Positions 27,901 through 36,290 of a stretch of 40,249 bases of DNA are shown here, piece by piece (the stretch's first letter is position 1; each line of letters begins with the position of its first letter). Origin of the DNA: a virus (Duplodnaviria; Caudoviricetes); the IMG/VR virus record IMGVR_UViG_3300006164_000018, positions 1 through 40,249 of that record; one strand, given 5' to 3'. Made by a program: the position numbers and the translations under genes. The notes under the pieces are model-generated. The model saw only the letters and a program-made list of their open reading frames with translations. It was not told where the DNA came from and ran no database searches.

Positions 27901-28682
27901 ATATTAAATCAACTATTCTTAATACTGAAAATAAACTTATCGGGGGAGCAACAATTGGAGTATGGATTCACACTAGAGAAGTAAACGGTTATATATGGAC
28001 ATTTACGCCTGACAATGAGTGGGTAATGCTCAGTACTGACTCATTAACTAAAGAGTCTGTGTTAAGTAAATCTCATAAAAAGATAATTGAAATAGCACCC
28101 GCTATTTCATTAGATAATTGCTTAGGCTCAATTGACTCTTTTACTAGTAAGAAACTTACTATTTTAAATAAGGATAATTTTAATACCTTCTCTATAAACT
28201 TTAATACTAAAAATAGTCCTATTAGTGTTCCGGAAGTGTATTATAGTAAAGAAGAACAAGTTCATATTGATTCTCAGAATTATTTCGTTGAAGTGTTTAT
28301 GCTTCCCTCTACAAACAATACAGATAAACTATTTGTTCTTGAGGAAATGAAGGTTACAGACACTACAAATAAAAGTAGAGCCTCTATTAAAAATGATTTC
28401 ACGATTGACTCCTCTGGAATAAATAGTAGTGGAATAGTTGTTGTGAATGGAACCTTACCTATACAAGATACTATAGAACTAGAGATGGAAGAGCTAAAAA
28501 TAATATTTAATTACTTTAATAGTATTGCAATAGACAATGCTTCTAGAGTAATAGCTGATACTTCTGCTTTAATGTTGGGTAGTGGTGGAAGTAGGATTAA
28601 CTACAGAATCCACCCTGATTGGATATCAACTGCTTCTAAATCAGCAAACTCACAATATGTAAGCTTGGATATAACAGACTAA
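24924..28682 (+). CDS. Large baseplate wedge protein (gp7 / P2 gpI-like domain)
   Basis: IEKCP..QLPLIANLIGW...RLQLRNAVSVYKRKGTKAGI and PAH motif; follows the gp6-like gene. Confidence 0.75.
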   Translation: MAKNYYKRNYVDVVEIITPNFYLDEDISASGMEIDPILQVINGHILAANNISSIIPSLTVSSLAAISPYFIKQNKLTTINTYDFQSSILDNLGVKIGNFESSAAFKTYLDDTLLPTINTGSPTSYTDAYLIDNLSWVYFLNTSGDTYDPSSDIGTLIAEKLFSNKEITITDGIELFTKYIWKNYSTLSAIDSTIIPDDFVQGTETYTSGDQGLNNITTLVKLIYNISYADNSDTKVGELFTDYIATGYLSKDTISKGAFFRFLRSIATAISDVNDHVEDIEAIYNIEKCPSYQLPLIANLIGWKLFGENDLNHRLQLRNAVSVYKRKGTKAGIQLAIDSVLPSNTFEVSSIVDTLYESYLPNLIQYALVTDSSSFDSLSTWTKELAVKTEVVHYSYSDITENIQHVVDKIILDLYLKFPENFIFDNKLFDPEASYSYRGKVLPIPPYDDEKFYVQCQLTKELLNYLHSRLTCFGVTESFATQVTNYIKNNTILSKDRLSIDGTFMFHTSSYQSPPNYDDVVASLSVKDINSMGLWNAKSSHFNVFLDTSSYNFSSLNLASDTGEAIVELARTVNDFSPAHSIPVVDLFTNITDTVTYLGYFCNRVDVASKEFVSYTYGSSAVDMSAGASTFLRASTDQFTDSLLNSSVAISSPRNAVRRRNLKNLLEHKSSYSRTGFNQPVAVEPSATAYNGITLGFIPSSLSFADTSIINLKGVYNICNKLTSDNSFFGVDVSNCSPLRGVADIEVSSCLQYVIHGDTDEYIALIHKLYWDKLVQQGEYIVEHNYEPFFASSVWEKHSHNQAAILASTLVSVEDFELGSPIHRLYNDYTDKFGKHSLTSFYKNYLDGGKDIFSHTFGKLFFNGNLETLGIETSYQTTSLRDIKEISANEGSGLLSETGSNTYVASSTSSVYVDNFELRNAHVVSGIELVTTSATSNNNVFEYIALPKDLTKSHIYSTNFITSKAINGFPRIRFDLSTYVDNLLTPEHNFSIDIKSTILNTENKLIGGATIGVWIHTREVNGYIWTFTPDNEWVMLSTDSLTKESVLSKSHKKIIEIAPAISLDNCLGSIDSFTSKKLTILNKDNFNTFSINFNTKNSPISVPEVYYSKEEQVHIDSQNYFVEVFMLPSTNNTDKLFVLEEMKVTDTTNKSRASIKNDFTIDSSGINSSGIVVVNGTLPIQDTIELEMEELKIIFNYFNSIAIDNASRVIADTSALMLGSGGSRINYRIHPDWISTASKSANSQYVSLDITD

Positions 28683-29617
28683 TGAAAGGCATAGTAGAAA
28701 TTTATAGTAAAGGTAAGCTACTAGTTAGTGAAAATATAACCTTGGATAAAGCGGGTGAAAATATCGCTGACTTCATGACCCTTAGCCCAGACATAGTAGA
28801 TATAACTTCTGCCTCTGCGTTATTGGACACATCTAACTACACTATCCAAGCCATCTCATTTGGTAAGGATGCATCTGCATTTACACAGAATGCTCATAAC
28901 CTAGCTACAATTTCTGAGGTACAGACATTATTTGGACCTGCTCCTTATGAGATAGCTACTAGTTCTTATGGAGGAAGCGCGGTTACTACCATTAATGGAT
29001 TACCTACTGCGGTATCGCCTTTGGATACGGAGCTAGAGCCTATTGTAGGTTTATCTTATGGGCAGAACCAAAATGCTCTAAATTATGTTCTTGAGTTAAT
29101 TTCTAATGGAACTATCGCTAATCTTAATTCGGGTATAGCTCTAGGATGTTATGGTTACAGAAGTGCGGGATTTACGTCATTAAATCTTTATAACTCCACA
29201 ACTAGTTCTATGGATGCATCTTCCGCTTCTGTTATAAGTAACTTTAATGCAGTAAGTTCAATGGATTATAGAGGCTTTTGTAAAACTGTATCAGGCACAG
29301 ATACTTCAGCAGGACTAACTGTATCCTCAGTAAATAATACTGAGGTAGCATATGCTCTTACAATTGCTTCTGGGGATGTAGCTTCAAGTGATTTCTACGG
29401 AGGCATATCCATAATGGGTTTATGGACATTAGATTTAAGTGCTACCTTAGCTCTAGGCGCACCCCCTTTTGATTTTCATCCTGTGGTAATAGGAAGGGAA
29501 TATAAACTTAATAATAAAAAAGTATTTACTCATAATATTGTAAATAATGAAGATGCTACTCTTCCTGGTATTAATGGATATTCTGATTTGGATATTATAT
29601 GGAGACTTAGTTTTTAA
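28682..29617 (+). CDS. Baseplate/fibre adaptor, paralog 1 (diverged)
   Basis: KG.VEI...EN, I..ISFG, MGLW and terminal IIWRLSF pattern shared with the next two genes. Confidence 0.55.
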   Translation: MKGIVEIYSKGKLLVSENITLDKAGENIADFMTLSPDIVDITSASALLDTSNYTIQAISFGKDASAFTQNAHNLATISEVQTLFGPAPYEIATSSYGGSAVTTINGLPTAVSPLDTELEPIVGLSYGQNQNALNYVLELISNGTIANLNSGIALGCYGYRSAGFTSLNLYNSTTSSMDASSASVISNFNAVSSMDYRGFCKTVSGTDTSAGLTVSSVNNTEVAYALTIASGDVASSDFYGGISIMGLWTLDLSATLALGAPPFDFHPVVIGREYKLNNKKVFTHNIVNNEDATLPGINGYSDLDIIWRLSF

Positions 29618-30204
29618 TGAATTTTAAAGATAAATTAACATCTGTAGGTAAAGTAACCATATTTAAGGTTTACGATCATAAAATCACTATAGTAAGCGAA
29701 GATCATAATGTAATCGTTTCTGGAATGGGAGAAGTATTAGCTGATTTAATGCATACTAATGACCCCACAGCGAACCCTCGTATAACTAGATTTCAGCTTG
29801 GAACCTCTGGAACATCTGTGCTAGACACATCCACAACTACTGAACTTGCTAATAAATTAACTAAAAAGCAGTACGGTTTAGTAGAGAGCGTAAAATTTAT
29901 TAAGGCCTCTCAAAAGATAGGAGATAGAATAGAAACGAATGCTTACTTTTTAACTGTCCCCTTATCTAGAGTAACTTTAATGGATCCAGTCAAAGTACAG
30001 TTTAATCTAGTAGTAGATAAAGACGTAGCTAATGGGGAAAAACTTAATGAAATTGGTCTTTTTTCCGGTATGTATTCTAAAACGTACTCTAAAATGTACT
30101 TTGATGATATTGAAACTAACAGTTTAGTAGCATATCATTATTTCCCCCAAATAACTAAGGAATCCGATTACTCCCTCATATTTCAATGGGAAATCACGTT
30201 ATAG
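29617..30204 (+). CDS. Baseplate/fibre adaptor, paralog 2 (DUF3751/tail-collar-like)
   Basis: DHNVIVSGM, QLGT, NEIGLF, LVAY..F..ITKESD...F.W.IT. Confidence 0.65.
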   Translation: MNFKDKLTSVGKVTIFKVYDHKITIVSEDHNVIVSGMGEVLADLMHTNDPTANPRITRFQLGTSGTSVLDTSTTTELANKLTKKQYGLVESVKFIKASQKIGDRIETNAYFLTVPLSRVTLMDPVKVQFNLVVDKDVANGEKLNEIGLFSGMYSKTYSKMYFDDIETNSLVAYHYFPQITKESDYSLIFQWEITL

Positions 30205-30228
30205 GCATATATAAGAATAGAGAATATC

Positions 30229-30789
30229 ATGAGCGATAGAAATATAAAGGGTAACTTAAAGATCGAAAAGGTCTATAAGGACCATACTGAATTAGTACAG
30301 GATGATCATAACGTGATTGTTTCTGGAATGTCTGTAGGATTAGCTTCCTTATTTTCTGAATCAGGATCTACTTCAATCCTAGACTATCAGATTGTTTACT
30401 CTCAACTTGGAACGGGTACGGGAGTTTTAGATACTTCCACGTTCACATTAACTACTCCCGTAGGTAATGTAGCTGGTTATGGTGGAGACACTATTACAGA
30501 CACGCTTCAGCCCATAGAAAATGGAAGTGTAGTAGTAGCTGCCGAAGCTTTTATGATAATTCCACATTCTAATATTTCTAAGGTAAATAAAACATCTGTT
30601 AGATTTAAAATAGTATTAGATGAAACCGCAGGTGGTTCAGGAGTTAGTTTTAAAGAGATTGGCCTATTTATGAAAAACCACACAGGAAATGCTGCGGATA
30701 GACCCCTCTTAGTAGCATACAGAACCTTTAGCCCAATAACAAAAGAAAGTGATTTTGCTATCGTATTTACATGGACAATAACCTTCTAA
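30229..30789 (+). CDS. Baseplate/fibre adaptor, paralog 3 (DUF3751/tail-collar-like)
   Basis: DHNVIVSGM, QLGT, KEIGLF, LVAY..F..ITKESD...F.W.IT. Confidence 0.65.
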   Translation: MSDRNIKGNLKIEKVYKDHTELVQDDHNVIVSGMSVGLASLFSESGSTSILDYQIVYSQLGTGTGVLDTSTFTLTTPVGNVAGYGGDTITDTLQPIENGSVVVAAEAFMIIPHSNISKVNKTSVRFKIVLDETAGGSGVSFKEIGLFMKNHTGNAADRPLLVAYRTFSPITKESDFAIVFTWTITF

Positions 30790-30793
30790 TCTC

Positions 30794-33700
30794 ATGTTTG
30801 ACTCAAATGATTATTATGTAGCCTCTGGCTCAGTCGATATAACAAATACTTGGACTGCTAATGTAACCAAGTTTGACTCTAGTTCTTTCTATAACTTTGA
30901 ACAGGATAACCTTCCTCTCTTTGATTTAGATGAAAGGACTTATCAACTATGGGAGAAGATGGGATTCCCAACCTCATCCGTTCCAGGTATTAGCCTTGTT
31001 GTATCAAGTACTGGAGCAAACGGTACAAATGTATTTGCTACTTTGGCTGATGCTGTAGACGCTCTTCCTGACACAATTAGGTTCCCATATGTAATTGAAG
31101 TAGCTGCCTCTGGTGATCTTGGCAAACTCGAATTAAATAACGTTAAGATGGATGGTCCTACTGCTGGACTAGAGATTGTAAACAGAGCTTTTGCTAAGGC
31201 CTTATCCCTCTCTAGTACAGTAAGTAATGATTATACTACGATTCAATCAATGTCTGCGGACACTATTACCTCTGTTTCATCAATTGACTTAAGTGCTACT
31301 TTAACAAATACTACTGCTGTAAGTGTTAGTAGTGTAGTAACTAATGATTGGGAAACAAGTGCTATTGCTATGTTTATGCACCCAGAATGGGGAACTAATA
31401 ATAAGCGTACAAACAAAATAACTGTATCTATTAATAATACAGGGTTTATCGGAGCAACAAATCAATTTGTTTTAGATGAAGATTTTGGAGGGGATATTTC
31501 AACTGACCCTTCAGCAACTCATGATGTAGATGCAACTCTTCTTAATAGAGGAACAATTACTACAGGTTTCGCTACGGGATTAGTATATGGTAACTCACTA
31601 ACAGAACTTAAGATCACTGGATGTGATAGTAAAGTCTTTATTAGAGGCTTTGTTGTTGATGGTCAAGAACTACACACTAAAGATGTAGGTATTATAGTTG
31701 ATCAATCTAAAGTAGTTTTAGAGAACTGTGCAGTTATTAGATGTAAAGAAACAGGTTTGAAAGCTACTAACTCAGAAGTGACGTTAGTAAGAGGGTTCGT
31801 AGGATATAGGAACTACGAGTTATCTTCTACTCCTTCCGCTAGAATTAATTCTAAAGTGGCTGCTATCGCCTTAGATAACAGCATCCTCACTTTAAGTTCT
31901 ACAGCCACTCAAACCAAAGGTCTACCTATCGACTCTCCTTTCGTACTGGCTTACAATGAAATTGGTCTTGTAGGTAACAATAGTGTTATTCAGGGAGGTA
32001 ACATTAGAGGGTACGATTCAGATGGTACGGTACTTACAGGAGGTGCTACCGGGAATAACAAGAACTTACTATATTTTAGTATATTCAGTAATACTGCTGA
32101 TGGTGTTATTCTAAACTCGTCATCTTGGAAATCCGATGTTAGGCCGAGTCTATTCTATAATTACAATGGATTTACTGCTATAAGCTCAAATGTAGAATTC
32201 CCAGAAGCTTCAATTGGATTCAACCAGAAGTTCGGGATGAAGCTTATAAATAGTTCATTCATTTATAATAGAAACCTAGTTACTGAAGGGACTTATGGTA
32301 CGTCTCTTGGATCACAAAATCTCTTTGAATCTAACGGTCAACACTTTATTATTGAAAATAGTACAGTTGATGCCCCTAAAGGAGATAATCTTACAAGTAA
32401 GTTTGGTAAGTTTCATATGGATAAGACCCACCAAACTAATACTATTGGATCCCTTCAAACTAATATGCCGTCTGTAGTTATGAAAAACTCAAAGGCTATG
32501 TTCGCGGGTCTTAGATTATTCACAGAAAGTGATGATTATGCGGGAGTATTAAATTATGGATCTGCTTTTAATGTAAAAGGTGGAGAGTTAACTCTTAAAG
32601 GGTTTAGTACTTTCGGAACATTCCTAGTCGGTCCTGAGGACATATCAGCGCAACTAAATAACGCTGGCATATATGCTGATAGAGCAGCTAGAGTTTCTAT
32701 ACAAGGACCCACTACCATCGCTCAGTTTGGTATAGATGTTCTGGTAGATAATGGTTCAACTCTAGCATTTGAACCTCATACCAATGAAGGTGCATATGAT
32801 TCTTCTGGATGGGGCCTAAGTTCAACTGATAACCATACCAAAGTACAACTTCACTCATCTAGATCTTGTCTTGTAGCAGACAATGGTTCTAATATTGAAT
32901 TCTTGGATAACGGAGATTATCATGATACATGGACAGATGCAACTATTGTATCGGCCCTCATTGTAGATGGAAGTCCAATAGCAGACTATAATGCACAAGA
33001 TGACTTAGGAACCTCTGCTCTTGTTAAAGGCGGGTTTGTACAGTTTTATCCCAATCCTAGAGATACAGAAGGCAATTTTCCTTGGACAAGTCATAACGTA
33101 AGTGCTGATACATCTCTGGCTGCTGATGCATATTCTGACTTTGTAACTTACTCTGCTTCAACCTCTGAAGACGATCATACAGTTTATTCTCATGGTGGAG
33201 TTTGTATAAGAGCTTTAAAAAGTAGTAATGTAAAAGTTAAAAATACTCACTTCCCTGCTGGCTGGCACAACGCTTCTGGTGATGTGTATGATGCATCTTC
33301 TAGTAATTGTAATAAACTTTACATTTGGAACATTGCAAGTGATTCTACATTAGATGTCTGTTATGCTTCTGTAAGTGGAACTTATCCTGCTTTGGTTGGA
33401 TATCACGGTCCTAGTGCTGTTTATGTTAGTGGAGCAGGAATAGAAGCTTCTGGTGCGCCTAGTGGAACTCCTGATACTGGCTCAATTAGTGTTCTAGACA
33501 GTTTTGGAATGGGAGGAACTTATGGTAAATCTACATGGGAAAACCAAGGAGCGTTTAGATTATTTGTATCTCCTATAGGCCCAGCTAAGTTTATTGGTTA
33601 TGTATCAGGTACAGAAGTTATAGAGGGTACTCCTTATCAACAAGTTGCACAAGGATATAACCCGTCTGGGGACACATCTTCGATCCCAGGGTTAGAAGAT

Positions 33701-33970
33701 TTATATACATCCTTAACTACATCAGGATTTCATTATGCATCAGCATTAACAGTAGAGAGCGCAGACAGAATTAGATTAGACGATTCAGGGGCAAATCTAT
33801 TCGCTAACGCTAAACATATGGCACAAGGTAGATCAGGTACTAATAAACTGGTTACATTATATAAAGCAATCATAAAACCTACAGGTGAAGGATATGATTC
33901 AGACCAAGCCGCAGGGTATGGAATCGGCTTCTTATCGGCAAACACCTTTGACTTAAGCAGACAAAACTAA
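30794..33970 (+). CDS. Tail fibre/tailspike with right-handed beta-helix (pectin-lyase-like) region
   Basis: FATLADAVDALP motif followed by recurring N/G-x-I...S-x-V beta-helix turns; 1058 aa, S/T/G/N rich. Confidence 0.7.
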   Translation: MFDSNDYYVASGSVDITNTWTANVTKFDSSSFYNFEQDNLPLFDLDERTYQLWEKMGFPTSSVPGISLVVSSTGANGTNVFATLADAVDALPDTIRFPYVIEVAASGDLGKLELNNVKMDGPTAGLEIVNRAFAKALSLSSTVSNDYTTIQSMSADTITSVSSIDLSATLTNTTAVSVSSVVTNDWETSAIAMFMHPEWGTNNKRTNKITVSINNTGFIGATNQFVLDEDFGGDISTDPSATHDVDATLLNRGTITTGFATGLVYGNSLTELKITGCDSKVFIRGFVVDGQELHTKDVGIIVDQSKVVLENCAVIRCKETGLKATNSEVTLVRGFVGYRNYELSSTPSARINSKVAAIALDNSILTLSSTATQTKGLPIDSPFVLAYNEIGLVGNNSVIQGGNIRGYDSDGTVLTGGATGNNKNLLYFSIFSNTADGVILNSSSWKSDVRPSLFYNYNGFTAISSNVEFPEASIGFNQKFGMKLINSSFIYNRNLVTEGTYGTSLGSQNLFESNGQHFIIENSTVDAPKGDNLTSKFGKFHMDKTHQTNTIGSLQTNMPSVVMKNSKAMFAGLRLFTESDDYAGVLNYGSAFNVKGGELTLKGFSTFGTFLVGPEDISAQLNNAGIYADRAARVSIQGPTTIAQFGIDVLVDNGSTLAFEPHTNEGAYDSSGWGLSSTDNHTKVQLHSSRSCLVADNGSNIEFLDNGDYHDTWTDATIVSALIVDGSPIADYNAQDDLGTSALVKGGFVQFYPNPRDTEGNFPWTSHNVSADTSLAADAYSDFVTYSASTSEDDHTVYSHGGVCIRALKSSNVKVKNTHFPAGWHNASGDVYDASSSNCNKLYIWNIASDSTLDVCYASVSGTYPALVGYHGPSAVYVSGAGIEASGAPSGTPDTGSISVLDSFGMGGTYGKSTWENQGAFRLFVSPIGPAKFIGYVSGTEVIEGTPYQQVAQGYNPSGDTSSIPGLEDLYTSLTTSGFHYASALTVESADRIRLDDSGANLFANAKHMAQGRSGTNKLVTLYKAIIKPTGEGYDSDQAAGYGIGFLSANTFDLSRQN

Positions 33971-36288
33971 TGACTATTAAATTCGAACACGTAGACAGTG
34001 CATTCAAGTTCACAAGTAATGTACGTAAATTTAAAGAGAATGACCCGTACCATTTTAAAATGGATAACATTCCTGTAGAACAGCTAGAGGAAAATGTACT
34101 GTGGCTTAAGGATCAAGTAGAGAAAGGTGGTGTAACCGTCTCGGAGATTTCAAGAGACATATTTAGTGAACTAAAGCCTTTTGTCATTGGTGGTGATAGA
34201 ACTGTATATGTAAATCCCGGAAGATTTACAGCTAGGATTAACTCAGCATATGATCAGAAAACCTTAAGTAAGCTTGTAGTATCTAACTCATCTGTAGGTA
34301 TAGGAATTCCTGATAAGTTTTTTGAGAAGGAAGATCTTATTACACAGTTTTACGCAGATCTAGCCACAACTACAATAGCAGGAAATTTAGCATATAATCT
34401 AAATGGACTAGAGACTTTAGTAACTACTTGGGCTGTAGATGCCGAGCATAAGTATAAGGATCTAAATAATACGGGAACTGATCTTAAATATAATCTAGCT
34501 TCTAAAATACTAGGACTAGCTTCTGTTCCTGGACAGCAAGGTAATAATAAAGCACTTACTACCTTACTAGAAGCTGAGAATATCACTTCAGATATGTATG
34601 GAGAGCTTTCTGGTATTCACTCAAAGTTTGTTTTAAAATGGAGAGCAGTTTCTAGAACAGCTATTGTAGATGTTCCCTCAGAACTATCAATTGAGGTTGA
34701 TGATTGGGATAGTTCTGATTTTTCAAGTAGTACAAAAACATTTTCAAACGCTACTTCACGTATTGATTTACTGTTTATTTATTCGCATCCTGTAGACGCT
34801 TCCTCAACTACGATCCTGAAGAGGTCTGGTGGAGCCCAAACTACTATTACCAAAGCTCAACTAGGTATTGTAAAAGGCGCGGGTTACGTTACAGGCACAA
34901 CTCTAACAGACAACCTTAAAGGATCTTCTGATGTGAGAATGTTAGCTGATGTCCATGATCAAGATGCAACCGCTAATACTGGTTTCGTAGATGCTGACGG
35001 AAATGAAATTCATGGCTCATTCCCCTCTCCCGACGATTTAATGAATATTACTCCTAACCTAGTTGCTGAGTTAGAGAGTGTATTTGATGATGCTGATTCA
35101 ACTGATGGGCTAAACCTTATTGGACAAAGTGTGCTTCCTGTAGCATATATAGTAGTTAAGAAAGCTATTGCGGGTACAACTTTTACTGGAAAAGGTATTC
35201 TTACTTCCAACGATATCCTTGATATTAGACCCTTCTTTCGCACAACTGAATTAAGTTATAATGAAAGAGCAGGTATTTCTGCTGCAACTCCTCCTTTAAG
35301 TTTTGCTAACCCTGCGGTTGGTAAAGCTCAACTAGATGATTCTGAAAAGAGGATGGTGGATTACCATAATTCTAACATGGTAACTCTCCTGTCTCAAAGT
35401 GCTGTAGTAGCAAGAGGAACTGTTTATGGTGGACTAAAGTATGGTCCCGAAGGAACCCTAATGATGATGCATTCAGGACAAAGTGGCTATGATGATAAGT
35501 CTGGTAACTGGGAACCTGACGCAATATTGGATACCTTAAATATACAAAATTCTACTGTAAACGGCGCAATCAGATATATTCCTGATCTACCTGAATGGGA
35601 TGAGAGAAGTCTTGTAGAGCCTGCGACTCATGAAATAATAAAATATGTTCATCAGAAAGTTTCCGGCACGACTGACGTTGCTTCCCATGCCCCTGGACAC
35701 TTCTGGGAATCTGGACCTGCTGGTATTGGTAGTACCAAAATAGCAATGGGATACAACCAATCGGTCCCCCTACAGGTCCTTCGTTTTGTAACGAAAAAGA
35801 TTGAAGTAACTTTACCGGATTGGGCAGTAGATTATGATGTTTCTATAAGTTATGAAAATTGTATACCCCAGACGAACCCAGGCCACTATCAATCGCACAA
35901 CACGCATCACAAAGCAACGCACGGGCTTTTTCAAGGAATGCAGGTTAGCAAGAAAAGCATTATAAACAACGTAGCTACATTCGTTATTTTATCTACTTTA
36001 GGAGGAGCCACAGAAGGCGACAGTGGCTGGGGTTCTGCCTATTTGCCGTATGAATTTTTTAATACACATTTCACCTCCGATGATAAAATAAGGCAATTAT
36101 TAGGTTTCGCAGTACCCTTTAGCGATGAAGTAGGAGATTTTACGTATACTCATAAAGGAGCCCCAAAAACAAATTCCTTGTCACAATACCTTACAAATAC
36201 AGGAGCGTCAATTATGCCATCCGTAAGCTTTATCGTAACAGCTTACGGTCAAGAGGATGTTACGTTTACAGGTGGTTCTACGGTTTAA
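33970..36288 (+). CDS. Second tail fibre protein
   Basis: VYVNPG, RIDLLFI, LPVAYIVV and I.DIRPF motifs of fibre shoulder domains; N-terminus homologous to that of 30794..33970. Confidence 0.7.
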   Translation: MTIKFEHVDSAFKFTSNVRKFKENDPYHFKMDNIPVEQLEENVLWLKDQVEKGGVTVSEISRDIFSELKPFVIGGDRTVYVNPGRFTARINSAYDQKTLSKLVVSNSSVGIGIPDKFFEKEDLITQFYADLATTTIAGNLAYNLNGLETLVTTWAVDAEHKYKDLNNTGTDLKYNLASKILGLASVPGQQGNNKALTTLLEAENITSDMYGELSGIHSKFVLKWRAVSRTAIVDVPSELSIEVDDWDSSDFSSSTKTFSNATSRIDLLFIYSHPVDASSTTILKRSGGAQTTITKAQLGIVKGAGYVTGTTLTDNLKGSSDVRMLADVHDQDATANTGFVDADGNEIHGSFPSPDDLMNITPNLVAELESVFDDADSTDGLNLIGQSVLPVAYIVVKKAIAGTTFTGKGILTSNDILDIRPFFRTTELSYNERAGISAATPPLSFANPAVGKAQLDDSEKRMVDYHNSNMVTLLSQSAVVARGTVYGGLKYGPEGTLMMMHSGQSGYDDKSGNWEPDAILDTLNIQNSTVNGAIRYIPDLPEWDERSLVEPATHEIIKYVHQKVSGTTDVASHAPGHFWESGPAGIGSTKIAMGYNQSVPLQVLRFVTKKIEVTLPDWAVDYDVSISYENCIPQTNPGHYQSHNTHHKATHGLFQGMQVSKKSIINNVATFVILSTLGGATEGDSGWGSAYLPYEFFNTHFTSDDKIRQLLGFAVPFSDEVGDFTYTHKGAPKTNSLSQYLTNTGASIMPSVSFIVTAYGQEDVTFTGGSTV

Positions 36289-36290
36289 TA

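Noticed and set aside
30794-36288. Diversity-generating retroelement targeting the fibres
   Set aside because: No reverse transcriptase and no template/variable repeat pair differing at adenines was seen in this window.
14366-36288. Tailocin or extracellular contractile injection system
   Set aside because: Terminase, portal and replication genes are present, indicating a genuine phage.
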